A stretch of 64,000 nucleotides of DNA, taken from contig CALFVI010000034.1 of assembly GCA_937928775.1 (NCBI GenBank), positions 19,008 through 83,007 on the forward strand, read 5' to 3'. Below are positions 41,687 to 49,900 of this stretch, in pieces. Positions within the stretch are counted from its first letter, which is position 1; every line of letters begins with the position of its first letter. Source of the DNA: an uncultured Elioraea sp. Lineage in GTDB: Bacteria > Pseudomonadota > Alphaproteobacteria > Acetobacterales > Acetobacteraceae. The translations under genes and the position numbers were made by a program. The notes beneath the pieces were generated by a model, which was given only the letters and a program-made list of their open reading frames with translations, had not been told where the DNA came from and did no database searches.

Positions 41687-42616
41687 ATGTTCTATCGGGT
41701 GCGGCGCCGCTTCGACTACTGGCGCTACAATCGCGCGGTTGCCGCGATCGAGGAGACGCCGCCGCTCGCGATCGTCGACTCGCCCCTGCGAATTGTGAGC
41801 CAAGTGGCGGTGCCGCGGGACGTGCGCATGTATCTCGTCGCAGCGAAGACCTTCTATCGTCGCGTCGGCCACGGCCGGTTCGTCGTCATTCCCGATCGCG
41901 CCCTGCCGCGCGAGACGGCCGATCTGCTTCGCCGGCATCTCGATGGCGCGGTCGAGTTCCTGCCTCTTGCCGACATTTCCGTCGGCCGCTGCCAGCGCGG
42001 GGGCACCTGGGAGCGGCTTCTTGCGTGCCTTGATCTTGCGCAGCGGCACTACGTCGTGCAGCTCGATTGCGACACGCTGGCGATGGGTGATCTCGGGGAG
42101 GTGAGGGAGGCGATCGCAAACAACCGCTCTTTCGCCTTGGCCGAGGGTGCCCCGCTGCGATCCTTCGCCGAGACGGGCAGGCTTGCACGGCGCCGGCAGG
42201 GTGCGGCGCGTCACATCGTCGATCTCGCTGAGGCGGCGCTTGCCGACCATCCGGAGGCCGAGCGTTGGCGCTACGTGCGCGCTTCCTCGGGCTTTGCGGG
42301 CTTCGCGCTGGGCTCTATCGGACGACACGAGATCGAATCATTCCACGACATCATGGGCTCCCTCGTCGGGCGCGACCGCTGGCGGCAATGGGGAAGCGAG
42401 CAGGTTGCCTCCAACGTCGCCGTCGCCAACGGCCCGGATCCGGTGCTGCTGCCGTTCCCCGACTACGCCAACATCACACCCTCGATCGAGCTTGCACGCG
42501 TGCGCTTCGGCCATTTCCTCGGTACCTATCGGTTCGAGAACCAGAGGCTCGCCCGCGCCTCTCTGCCGCTGATCGAGGGCATGAGGCGGGGCGATGCCCT
42601 GCCGGGCGCGGCGTGA
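41687..42616 (+). CDS. Hypothetical protein, probable GT-A-fold glycosyltransferase
   Basis: RBS GAGGAG; GGTWERLL, VVQLDCDTL (DXD), SSGFAGF, WGSEQVASN, HFLGTYRF. Confidence 0.65.
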   Translation: MFYRVRRRFDYWRYNRAVAAIEETPPLAIVDSPLRIVSQVAVPRDVRMYLVAAKTFYRRVGHGRFVVIPDRALPRETADLLRRHLDGAVEFLPLADISVGRCQRGGTWERLLACLDLAQRHYVVQLDCDTLAMGDLGEVREAIANNRSFALAEGAPLRSFAETGRLARRRQGAARHIVDLAEAALADHPEAERWRYVRASSGFAGFALGSIGRHEIESFHDIMGSLVGRDRWRQWGSEQVASNVAVANGPDPVLLPFPDYANITPSIELARVRFGHFLGTYRFENQRLARASLPLIEGMRRGDALPGAA

Positions 42617-42623
42617 GGGTGCG

Positions 42624-43598
42624 ATGGGGCTGATCCTGGTCACCGGCGGGGCGGGGTTCATCGGCTCGCACCTGTGCGAAGCCCTGCTCGCCCGGGGCGA
42701 GAGGGTGCGGGTGCTCGACGATCTCTCGACGGGGCGGCGCGAGAATCTGCCGCGCGATGTCGAGCTCATCGTCGGCGATGTCGCCGATCCTGAGACGGTG
42801 CGCGAGGTGGCACGCGGGGTGGACGCGATCATCCACCTCGCCGCCATCGCCTCGGTCGAGCGGTGCACGAAAGAGTGGCTCAGCGCGCATCGCGTCAATC
42901 TCGGCGGCTCGATTGCGGTCTTCGACGCTGCGCGCACCGCCAGCAAGGGCCGACCCGTGCCTGTCGTCTACGCCTCCTCTGCTGCCGTGTACGGCGAACA
43001 GCAGCGGTTGCCGATCAGCGAGGACGCGCCATGCCGGCCGTTGTCCGCTTATGGGGCCGACAAGCTTGGCTCCGAACTGCATGCGCGGGTGGCCGGTGCG
43101 GTGCATGGCGTGCCCACGATCGGGCTCCGCTTTTTCAACGTCTACGGGCCGCATCAGGACCCGCGCTCGCCCTACTCGGGTGTGATCTCGCTGTTCTGCG
43201 GGCGGATTGCGCGCGGCGAGCCGCTGCTCATCCATGGCGACGGCGAACAGACCCGTGACTTCATCTTCGTTGGCGACGTGGTTGCCGGCATTCTCGCCGC
43301 CTTGAAACGCGCTTGTGTTTCTGCACCGGTGCTCAACCTCTGTTCCGGATCGGCCACCTCTATCAACGACCTTGCTGCCACGCTTCTTGCCCTGTCCGGT
43401 GCCTCGGTGTCGCTGCATCACGGGCCGCCGCGGCCTGGCGAGATCCGGCATTCGCTCGGCGACCGCAGCCGCGCTGCAGCGATGCTCGCCTTGGCACCGC
43501 CGCGGCCGCTCTCGGAAGGTCTTGCCTGCGTACTCACGTGGCTTGGGCTCGGCCGAGAGCGAACGACACAGCCGCCGTCTGCTGTGCCCTCAGGCTGA
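42624..43598 (+). CDS. NAD-dependent nucleotide-sugar epimerase/dehydratase
   Basis: LVTGGAGFIGSH, YASSAAVYG, YGADK (YxxxK), LRFFNVYGP, GDGEQTRDFI. Confidence 0.95.
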   Translation: MGLILVTGGAGFIGSHLCEALLARGERVRVLDDLSTGRRENLPRDVELIVGDVADPETVREVARGVDAIIHLAAIASVERCTKEWLSAHRVNLGGSIAVFDAARTASKGRPVPVVYASSAAVYGEQQRLPISEDAPCRPLSAYGADKLGSELHARVAGAVHGVPTIGLRFFNVYGPHQDPRSPYSGVISLFCGRIARGEPLLIHGDGEQTRDFIFVGDVVAGILAALKRACVSAPVLNLCSGSATSINDLAATLLALSGASVSLHHGPPRPGEIRHSLGDRSRAAAMLALAPPRPLSEGLACVLTWLGLGRERTTQPPSAVPSG

Positions 43599-43658
43599 TA
43601 CTGACCGCACACGCAGTGCCCGCTCTCTGCGCAGGCCGCCCCCAGGCGGACGGGCCGG

Positions 43659-46600
43659 TCAGGCGATGCCGTAGAACGCGTTCATGTTGGCGATCACCGT
43701 CTGCCAGGTCGTTGGCACCACCGCGCCGCCGAGGAAGAAGAATTCGGCGAGATCACCGTCCCACGACGGAGCGTCGCTGCTCGCCCTGCCGCCGAGCGCC
43801 AGCCACGCGGTCGTCGCCACCGGGTTGAAGGTCGCGGTCCCGGAGTTGCCCGAAATCAACCCGGCGCCGACACGACGCGCCTCGTTCGCCACGCCGGAGA
43901 GCGAGCTGGCCCAGATCACCCGAGGCGTATCAGCCGGCACGTGGTTCGGCGGCCCCCAGAGTTCGTTGCTCCGCGTCCCGAGGATCAACCGGCTTGGGTC
44001 GCCGGACACGGTGGTAAGCTCGAACGAGGTGTCGCCCCAGGCGGGATTGCTGTCGATGGCGGACGAGAAGGCAACCACCCGACCCACGTTCCCGCCGCGT
44101 CGCACGGCCAGACAGAAGAAGGCCAAATCACGTCCGCGATGGGTGCGGAAGTTGCCGTAACGCCTGCCGCGTCGCGCCCCTTGGAAGTTCATCACCGCCC
44201 GACCATTCACCGTGCGTAGGGTCCCGGCCGCGTCCGTCAACAGCGGATAGCCTTGGGGAACGGGTTGGGCGAGACCACGCTCCAGCGTGCTCTGGTCGAA
44301 CAGGCCGACGAAACACTGCTGCCCCTGGGCAAAGGCGGCGAGGCCAGAGAAGTCCGCCACCCCTGAGGCGTCAGCGAAGATGTCGAGATACTCGCCGGTG
44401 CCGTCAGGGGAGCGGAAGACACGCGCCAAAGGTCCCTGATAGCTCGGCCGCAGGCGGCGCGCGACCGAACCGGCGAACAGCACATCGACGTTGCCGAAAT
44501 TCCCGTAGACGTAGGTCGCTGGAGTCACGGTGATGTTGGCTGTGCCGGTACCGCTCCCTGCCACGTTGGACGCTCTCAGCCCGAGCGTGTAGGTGGCGCC
44601 GTCGAGCCGGCTCAGACGCTGCGTGTTGCGCAGGATGTTCGGCAAGGACGCTTGCCAGCGCCCAGCAGGGTCGCCCGAGGTGATGGTGAGCGCGCTCGGT
44701 GGAGATCCGCTCAGCGTAAGGGTCAAAGCCGTGTTGGGCGGATCGTCCTCGCTGATGGTGAGGCTTTGGTTTTCGGGCGAGAAGACGGGCGGGGTGACGA
44801 TCCCCTGTATGTCCAGCGGCACCTGGCGATCGAAACTCCCGGCCACATTGGTGGCGCGGACGGTAAGCGTGCGCAGCCCAGGCGCCTCGTTTGAGAGGTC
44901 AGCTGCGATGGTGACGCGGCCAGTGTTGTCGACTGCAAAGCGCCCGTTTGGGTCGCCGGCGATGATGCTGAGCGTGATCGGCTGAGTGCCAGAGACGGTG
45001 AGCTGCCCGATCTCGGCGCCGACGGGGCTGTTGTTGCCAACAGCAAAGGGTTGCGTCACCTCCGCGATGAAGGGCAGTTCCGCCGTGATTTGAACCGTGA
45101 TTGTTGCAGTGTTGCTGCGGTATTCGGTCGCCGGATCGGTCACCCGCCACTGGTCGAAGGTACGACAATAGACCTGGAGCGAGACCGGACCGAGCGGCAG
45201 GGCGCGCAGGGCGGCGGTGTTTGCGACGCGGATTGCCCCGCCTTGCGTGATGCGGAACGGATTGCCTGCGGGCTGAGAGACGATGATGAACGCATCCTCC
45301 GCCATCCTGCCACTGACACCTGAGTTGCGCGGGATTGGTCCGCTGGTGTGCACGAGGCCGACGAGCGCGCCCTCTGCGGCATCGAGCGGGACCGACATCG
45401 TCTGCCCGGCAGGGATGACGGGTGCCCGATCGGTGCGCCAGATGAAGCGCGGCGCGATCACCGAGTTGAGTTGGAAGAAGCCGCCGAAGAAATCTTCCGG
45501 CCGGTAGCGCGGATGGTTGCCGATGCCCTGTGCGCGCTGCGAGCGGAGGAAGACGAGCGCATCCGCCGCCTGCGCGCGCGTCTCGGCGTCGGTGCCGTAT
45601 TCCGCGAGCAAAGTGAGGCCGACGAGAACGTTGCGCTGCCAATCGCCCTCGCCCGTCCAAGCGGAGTAGTCGTCCGCCGTGATGTCCGAATTGAGAGCGC
45701 GCAGCCGATCGCGCGTCACCGTCAGCACCTGGCTCCAGTTCCGTGCCCAGGAGCCGTTCGCGGCGCGGAAATAGATGTCGCGCCCCATCGCGGCGTGTTG
45801 GAAGGAGAAGCCCGGGTCGAGAATGCTGCCTGAGCGGAGCTTGCCGAACTCGCGAACCAGCCAGGGCAGGTGCGGGCCGCCAAGGCCAAGCCGCGCAGCC
45901 TTCAGCAGGCCGAAAAAGATGAACGAGTACATGAATGGCGGCATGTGGTCGCCGGTTGCGTGCAGCATCGGCATGCCCAGTTCAGTGCCGAGCTTGGCGT
46001 AGGCCTCGTCGCTGATGTCGCGGATCGAGGAGACCCACGCCTCGACGCTGCGCGTGAACATCAGCCTGTTCGGATAGGTGTCAGGCAGGATTGCTGCCGC
46101 GTCGACGATGTCGCGGAAGCACCACGCCCAGCCTCTTGTCTGATCGAACCATGGCTTCTGGGCCCAGGCGCGACCGGTCGTGTGGTCAGGGGTGAGGTTA
46201 CGCCAACTCCGTGTCCAGTTGCCGTTGTACTGCCCGGGCAAAAGACCGTCGTGGCGATCGTCGATGTGAAGCTGAGCCCAACAGGCACGGGCTGCCAAAC
46301 CGTCGTAGCAGAGGCGTCGGCCGGACAGCAGGGCGGGCGTGAAGTTGAACGAACCGTGGTGGGCGTGATCGACCGTGATGTGATCCGTTCTGTTGTGGGT
46401 CGCCCGCTGGTTCGATGGCAGCCCCGTCGCCGTCGTGCGCGACGTTCCAGGCGCTGAGGCGGGCGCATTGCCGGTGGTGCTGAAGCGCGGCCAATCCACT
46501 GGGTTCACCCAGCGGCCAAGCGCCCAATCGTAGTAGTACATGCCGCGCGTCGATGCGGCTTCGAACTCGCGGTGCGCGAGCTGCTGCGCTTCCGGCCTGC

Positions 46601-47960
46601 CTTCGCGCAGCCACAGCATGCAGGCGACGGTGCGATAGCCGATTTCCGGCCGCCCGCCTGCGTCGCCTGCGTTGCGCGCCAGCGAGTAGTTCCAGTAGGG
46701 GTCGTTGATTCGATTGTTGTTCTTGGCCGTGTTCAACACCGAGGACGCCCACCCCCCAAATGCGGTGAGCGGCATCGAGCGGTCCATGTTGTGTTGCACG
46801 CCGGAGGCGACGAGCACGTCGAAGTCAGGGCGGAAGAAGGGACGGTCGTTGTTGTCCCATCCGGTCAGCACGGTGCCGTTAGGGTGGCGAGCGCGCCGGC
46901 GTATCCACTGCGAGTATTGCAGCAGGTCGCGGGCGGGGCCCGAGGCGGGCCTCTGGTCATAGACGATCTGCCCGTCGATCTCGATCGTGTAGCCGAAGCG
47001 GGCGATGCCGCCCTGCGCGTGCAGCACACGATCGTTCGAGAAGCAGACGTCGAGTTCGAGGAACCCGTCTTTGGTGGCGAGCACGTCGACGATCAAACGG
47101 ACGGAGGCGATCTGGCCCGCCTGATCGACCGTGTTCAGCACGGCGGCGGGTGGAACCGGGGTCTCCACGCGCGTCTCGACGGCAAGAGGCCCCTCCTGCC
47201 ACCGATCGGTCGAAGCGAGGGCCTGCGAGACGACGTCGAACGTCCAGAGCGGCGTGGTCGTATCCCCCGGGGCCCAGGTGCGCACGAAGGCGCTGCGGCC
47301 GGCGAGGAGCGTCGAAAGGGAGAGGTCGGGGCCTGGGTTTGGATGCGCGGAGCCGGCAACCAGTTCGGCGGCGAACCTTTGACCAGCGGTCAGAGCCGGC
47401 AGTTCGGCGGCGAAGACGGCCGTCATCACGGACTGGTCGGGCCAGCGCCGCAGCACCGTCATTTGCGTCCGCAGCGGCTCGCCGTCGGCCGCGCCGCGCA
47501 GGACGACCGGCGTGTTGTTCGGAATGGCCCCTTGCGGGAAGGCGTGGCCGAACACGTCGATGACGCCCGCTGGCAGGCCAGTCCCGGTGAACTCCACCGC
47601 GGCGACGGCGGCCTGCGTCCCGGCGTCCACCGCAACCGGCCCGCTGTCGACGGAAATCTCGCCGTCCAGGGTGGCACGCAGGCGATAAATGCCCTCGGTT
47701 TCTGGTGCGACGAGGAGCGCCTGCCAGGTGCCGTCCGCCAGGGTGGCGGTGACGGGAGCGCCGACAGTGGCGTCCGCCCGACGCCACACCACGCTGATGC
47801 TGCTGGCGGGTCCCGTATAGGTTCCACTCACGGCAACCGAAGACCCCGGTGCGATCGGGTCAGTCGGTGTCTCGATCGTCAGCGTGCGTTGATTGCCGCG
47901 CTGGCTCCGCCGGCGCCGGGAGGCGACGGCGAGGGGCAGGGTCGGGACAAGGATATTCAT
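43659..47960 (-). CDS. Giant multidomain protein (~1430 aa): Ig-like, YetA/PL26-like core, cadherin-like repeats, C-terminal AbfB/ConA-like domain
   Basis: FGHAFPQG...QMTVLRRWPDQSV; WQEGPLAVE; GGRPEIG; QTRGWAW; cadherin-like SIIAGDPNGRFAVDNTGRVT and LTVRATNVAG; ARRLRPSYQGPLARV...LFDQS. Confidence 0.8.
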   Translation of the reverse strand: MNILVPTLPLAVASRRRRSQRGNQRTLTIETPTDPIAPGSSVAVSGTYTGPASSISVVWRRADATVGAPVTATLADGTWQALLVAPETEGIYRLRATLDGEISVDSGPVAVDAGTQAAVAAVEFTGTGLPAGVIDVFGHAFPQGAIPNNTPVVLRGAADGEPLRTQMTVLRRWPDQSVMTAVFAAELPALTAGQRFAAELVAGSAHPNPGPDLSLSTLLAGRSAFVRTWAPGDTTTPLWTFDVVSQALASTDRWQEGPLAVETRVETPVPPAAVLNTVDQAGQIASVRLIVDVLATKDGFLELDVCFSNDRVLHAQGGIARFGYTIEIDGQIVYDQRPASGPARDLLQYSQWIRRRARHPNGTVLTGWDNNDRPFFRPDFDVLVASGVQHNMDRSMPLTAFGGWASSVLNTAKNNNRINDPYWNYSLARNAGDAGGRPEIGYRTVACMLWLREGRPEAQQLAHREFEAASTRGMYYYDWALGRWVNPVDWPRFSTTGNAPASAPGTSRTTATGLPSNQRATHNRTDHITVDHAHHGSFNFTPALLSGRRLCYDGLAARACWAQLHIDDRHDGLLPGQYNGNWTRSWRNLTPDHTTGRAWAQKPWFDQTRGWAWCFRDIVDAAAILPDTYPNRLMFTRSVEAWVSSIRDISDEAYAKLGTELGMPMLHATGDHMPPFMYSFIFFGLLKAARLGLGGPHLPWLVREFGKLRSGSILDPGFSFQHAAMGRDIYFRAANGSWARNWSQVLTVTRDRLRALNSDITADDYSAWTGEGDWQRNVLVGLTLLAEYGTDAETRAQAADALVFLRSQRAQGIGNHPRYRPEDFFGGFFQLNSVIAPRFIWRTDRAPVIPAGQTMSVPLDAAEGALVGLVHTSGPIPRNSGVSGRMAEDAFIIVSQPAGNPFRITQGGAIRVANTAALRALPLGPVSLQVYCRTFDQWRVTDPATEYRSNTATITVQITAELPFIAEVTQPFAVGNNSPVGAEIGQLTVSGTQPITLSIIAGDPNGRFAVDNTGRVTIAADLSNEAPGLRTLTVRATNVAGSFDRQVPLDIQGIVTPPVFSPENQSLTISEDDPPNTALTLTLSGSPPSALTITSGDPAGRWQASLPNILRNTQRLSRLDGATYTLGLRASNVAGSGTGTANITVTPATYVYGNFGNVDVLFAGSVARRLRPSYQGPLARVFRSPDGTGEYLDIFADASGVADFSGLAAFAQGQQCFVGLFDQSTLERGLAQPVPQGYPLLTDAAGTLRTVNGRAVMNFQGARRGRRYGNFRTHRGRDLAFFCLAVRRGGNVGRVVAFSSAIDSNPAWGDTSFELTTVSGDPSRLILGTRSNELWGPPNHVPADTPRVIWASSLSGVANEARRVGAGLISGNSGTATFNPVATTAWLALGGRASSDAPSWDGDLAEFFFLGGAVVPTTWQTVIANMNAFYGIA

Positions 47961-48522
47961 CCTGGGCTCCACAGACGGGGGGCAGGGGCACGACCATGGC
48001 GGGCGATGACCGAGCAGTCATCGCGCTTCCGCAAAGGCAGACTTGGTGGGAGCGACGGTGGTGGGGCTGGGCGTGCCGCCGCGAAGGCGGCGCACGCACT
48101 TCGCCCCTTGGCTAGGAAAAAATACCGATCACAGCAGGCGTGGTCAACAGGAATGCAACTCCTGTGGCGGCAGCAGCCTTGCACCGCGCCCGCTGCCACG
48201 GCCGCAGTCCTATCATCGGGCGCGATCAGAGCGCTCGCTTCGTCCCTGTCCGCCCTCGCCTGCCCGACTGCGCGTCGGGCATGCCAGTGAATGAGTGCAG
48301 GATGCGTGCTGACCAGCAAGCGAAAACCCACCGCACCAGCCGTTTTCCGCCGCAAAGGGACGCCCCAGTCGGCAGGATGATCGGGTGGGAGTGGACCCGC
48401 AAGCGCGAGCGAGTAGCCGCACAGAGGCAAGACATCCGTGACGTCGTGTCGGTCGCGGCGCCGGCCCGGCCGGCGCCGACTTCGGCGTAGGGCTCTGACA
48501 GTCGCAGCAGGTCTTCGACCGC

Positions 48523-48696
48523 TTAGCCGAACAGGAGTTCGGCGGCGGTCCAGATCACTGCCCAGCTCATCAGAGACCCAAGCCCGATCAGGGCTGTCGC
48601 GACAGGCACGCTCAGCCTGCTGTCGGTGCCGCCGATCGCCAGCATGTCGTCGCCCTCGTCGGCCGAGTGGGGGCGCGGTGCGGGGGGGCCCGTCAC
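48523..48696 (-). CDS. Small single-TM protein (57 aa), below the ORF-track cutoff
   Basis: AAGGAG RBS then GTG; MTGPPAPRPHSADEGDDMLAIGGTDSRLSVPVATALIGLGSLMSWAVIWTAAELLFG then TAA. Confidence 0.6.
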   Translation of the reverse strand: MTGPPAPRPHSADEGDDMLAIGGTDSRLSVPVATALIGLGSLMSWAVIWTAAELLFG

Positions 48697-48819
48697 TTCC
48701 CGGACTCCTTGGTGTTCCTCCTCTGCCAGTATGTGCTGAAACCCAGATGAAACAAAAGCGCTGTCACGGCGATGTCATGGCGCCGCCCCGGGAGCTGGCG
48801 GGATTTGCTGCGCGTGCGA

Positions 48820-48853
48820 AGGAAGAGGCGTGGTGGCCGGGATCACCACGCCT
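48820..48853 (-). terminator. Hairpin terminator after the PEP-CTERM gene
   Basis: 10-bp stem AGGCGTGGTG/CACCACGCCT ~10 nt after the stop, with a pyrimidine-rich tail on the minus strand. Confidence 0.55.
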
Positions 48854-48862
48854 TGTCCGTCC

Positions 48863-49666
48863 TCACCCGAGGCGGCGCCTGGCGGCGAAGCCCAAGCCCA
48901 GCAGGCCCGCGCCGAGCAAAGCGAGCGAAGCGGGCTCGGGCACGCCGAGTTCGGGCGGGATCGTGCGGTTGAAGGCGAGGTTGTCGAACTCGAAGGCGAA
49001 TTGGGTCGAGCGCGCGACAACGCGGTCGAACCCCTGGGTAGAGGAGATGTTGACGTACAGTGTTCCATTTACGCCCTGATCGCCGTTCGGGCTCGCTGTG
49101 ACGTCGACACCGGTGATGGTGCCGATCAGGGTCGTGCCGGCATAGAAGAGCAGGCTGTTGTAATCATCGACCGAGCCCCAGAGCAGGCCGAGGTAGAAAT
49201 AAGGACCACCGGCGGGGAGGAGAATCTCGATCTCCGTGCCGAGCGAGGCATTTGCGCCAGTCGACCCGGTCGTGAGGTAGACTGTCTCGTCAGGGCCGAA
49301 GGCGGGGGTCTGGTTGCCGGCTGGGGGGTTGGTCACCCCGTTGTCGTTGCCGAAACCGACCCCGTTGCTGCCGGACAGGAAGGGAGCGGCGTATTTGCCG
49401 AGGACGGCACCGGTCACCGCCCCGGCTCTGTCGATTGCGTTGGCTGAGCTTCCGCCGACGAGGCGCACGGTGATCCCGGACTGCGGTGAGACCAGGGTGG
49501 TCGTGCCGAACTGCGGCGCGAACTGCGGGGTGATCCAGTCGAAATTGTCGCGCACCACGCCTGTGGGTGCGCCGCCGACGAAGGCGCTGACGGTGAGCGG
49601 CGAGGCGAGGCTGGGCAGGGCGGTGAGCATGGTGGCGGTGAAGAGCGTGAGACGAAGGCAGTGCAT
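48863..49666 (-). CDS. PEP-CTERM sorting-domain surface protein (Npun_F0296-like cargo domain)
   Basis: GGAGGA RBS, signal peptide, YLGLLWGSVDDYNSL and AFEFDN motifs, C-terminal VPEPASLALLGAGLLGLGFAARRR. Confidence 0.93.
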   Translation of the reverse strand: MHCLRLTLFTATMLTALPSLASPLTVSAFVGGAPTGVVRDNFDWITPQFAPQFGTTTLVSPQSGITVRLVGGSSANAIDRAGAVTGAVLGKYAAPFLSGSNGVGFGNDNGVTNPPAGNQTPAFGPDETVYLTTGSTGANASLGTEIEILLPAGGPYFYLGLLWGSVDDYNSLLFYAGTTLIGTITGVDVTASPNGDQGVNGTLYVNISSTQGFDRVVARSTQFAFEFDNLAFNRTIPPELGVPEPASLALLGAGLLGLGFAARRRLG

Positions 49667-49738
49667 GGCGTCCTCCGGCAAGCTGGAGTGGGTGAACGGG
49701 CCAGGGTCGTTATCGGACCTGGCGGCACGAGGGCACGA

Positions 49739-49755
49739 AGCAAAAACGGGACCAA
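49739..49755 (-). promoter_or_regulatory. Sigma-54 (-24/-12) promoter of the PEP-CTERM gene
   Basis: Minus strand TTGGTCCCGTTTTTGCT = GG-N10-GC with TTGC; ~70 bp upstream of ATG. Confidence 0.7.
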
Positions 49756-49807
49756 TCTTGAATTTCGGCCAAAAACTGCGATCCTTCGTCGCTCACAACG
49801 TCTCGAT

Positions 49808-49824
49808 TGTAAAGAAATCCGACA
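49808..49824. promoter_or_regulatory. Putative PrsR enhancer (PEP-CTERM box)
   Basis: TGT-AAAGAAATCCG-ACA (TGT-N11-ACA) ~55 bp upstream of the sigma-54 site. Confidence 0.65.
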
Positions 49825-49900
49825 CAACCCTGGCGCGGGGATCGTCCGACAGCCATACTCCGCCCTCCGGGTTTCCGCCTTTGCCCCCGGCGCGGCGCCC

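Noticed and set aside
48315-48330. Sigma-54 promoter for the giant gene (minus strand TGGGTTTTCGCTTGCT)
   Set aside because: GG-N10-GC spacing fits, but the -24 match is poor, it is ~350 bp from the start, and no enhancer was seen upstream; too weak to call.
48340-48370. c-di-GMP-I riboswitch-like words (CGCAAAG, GGGACGC)
   Set aside because: The elements are in the wrong order and on the opposite strand to the downstream gene.
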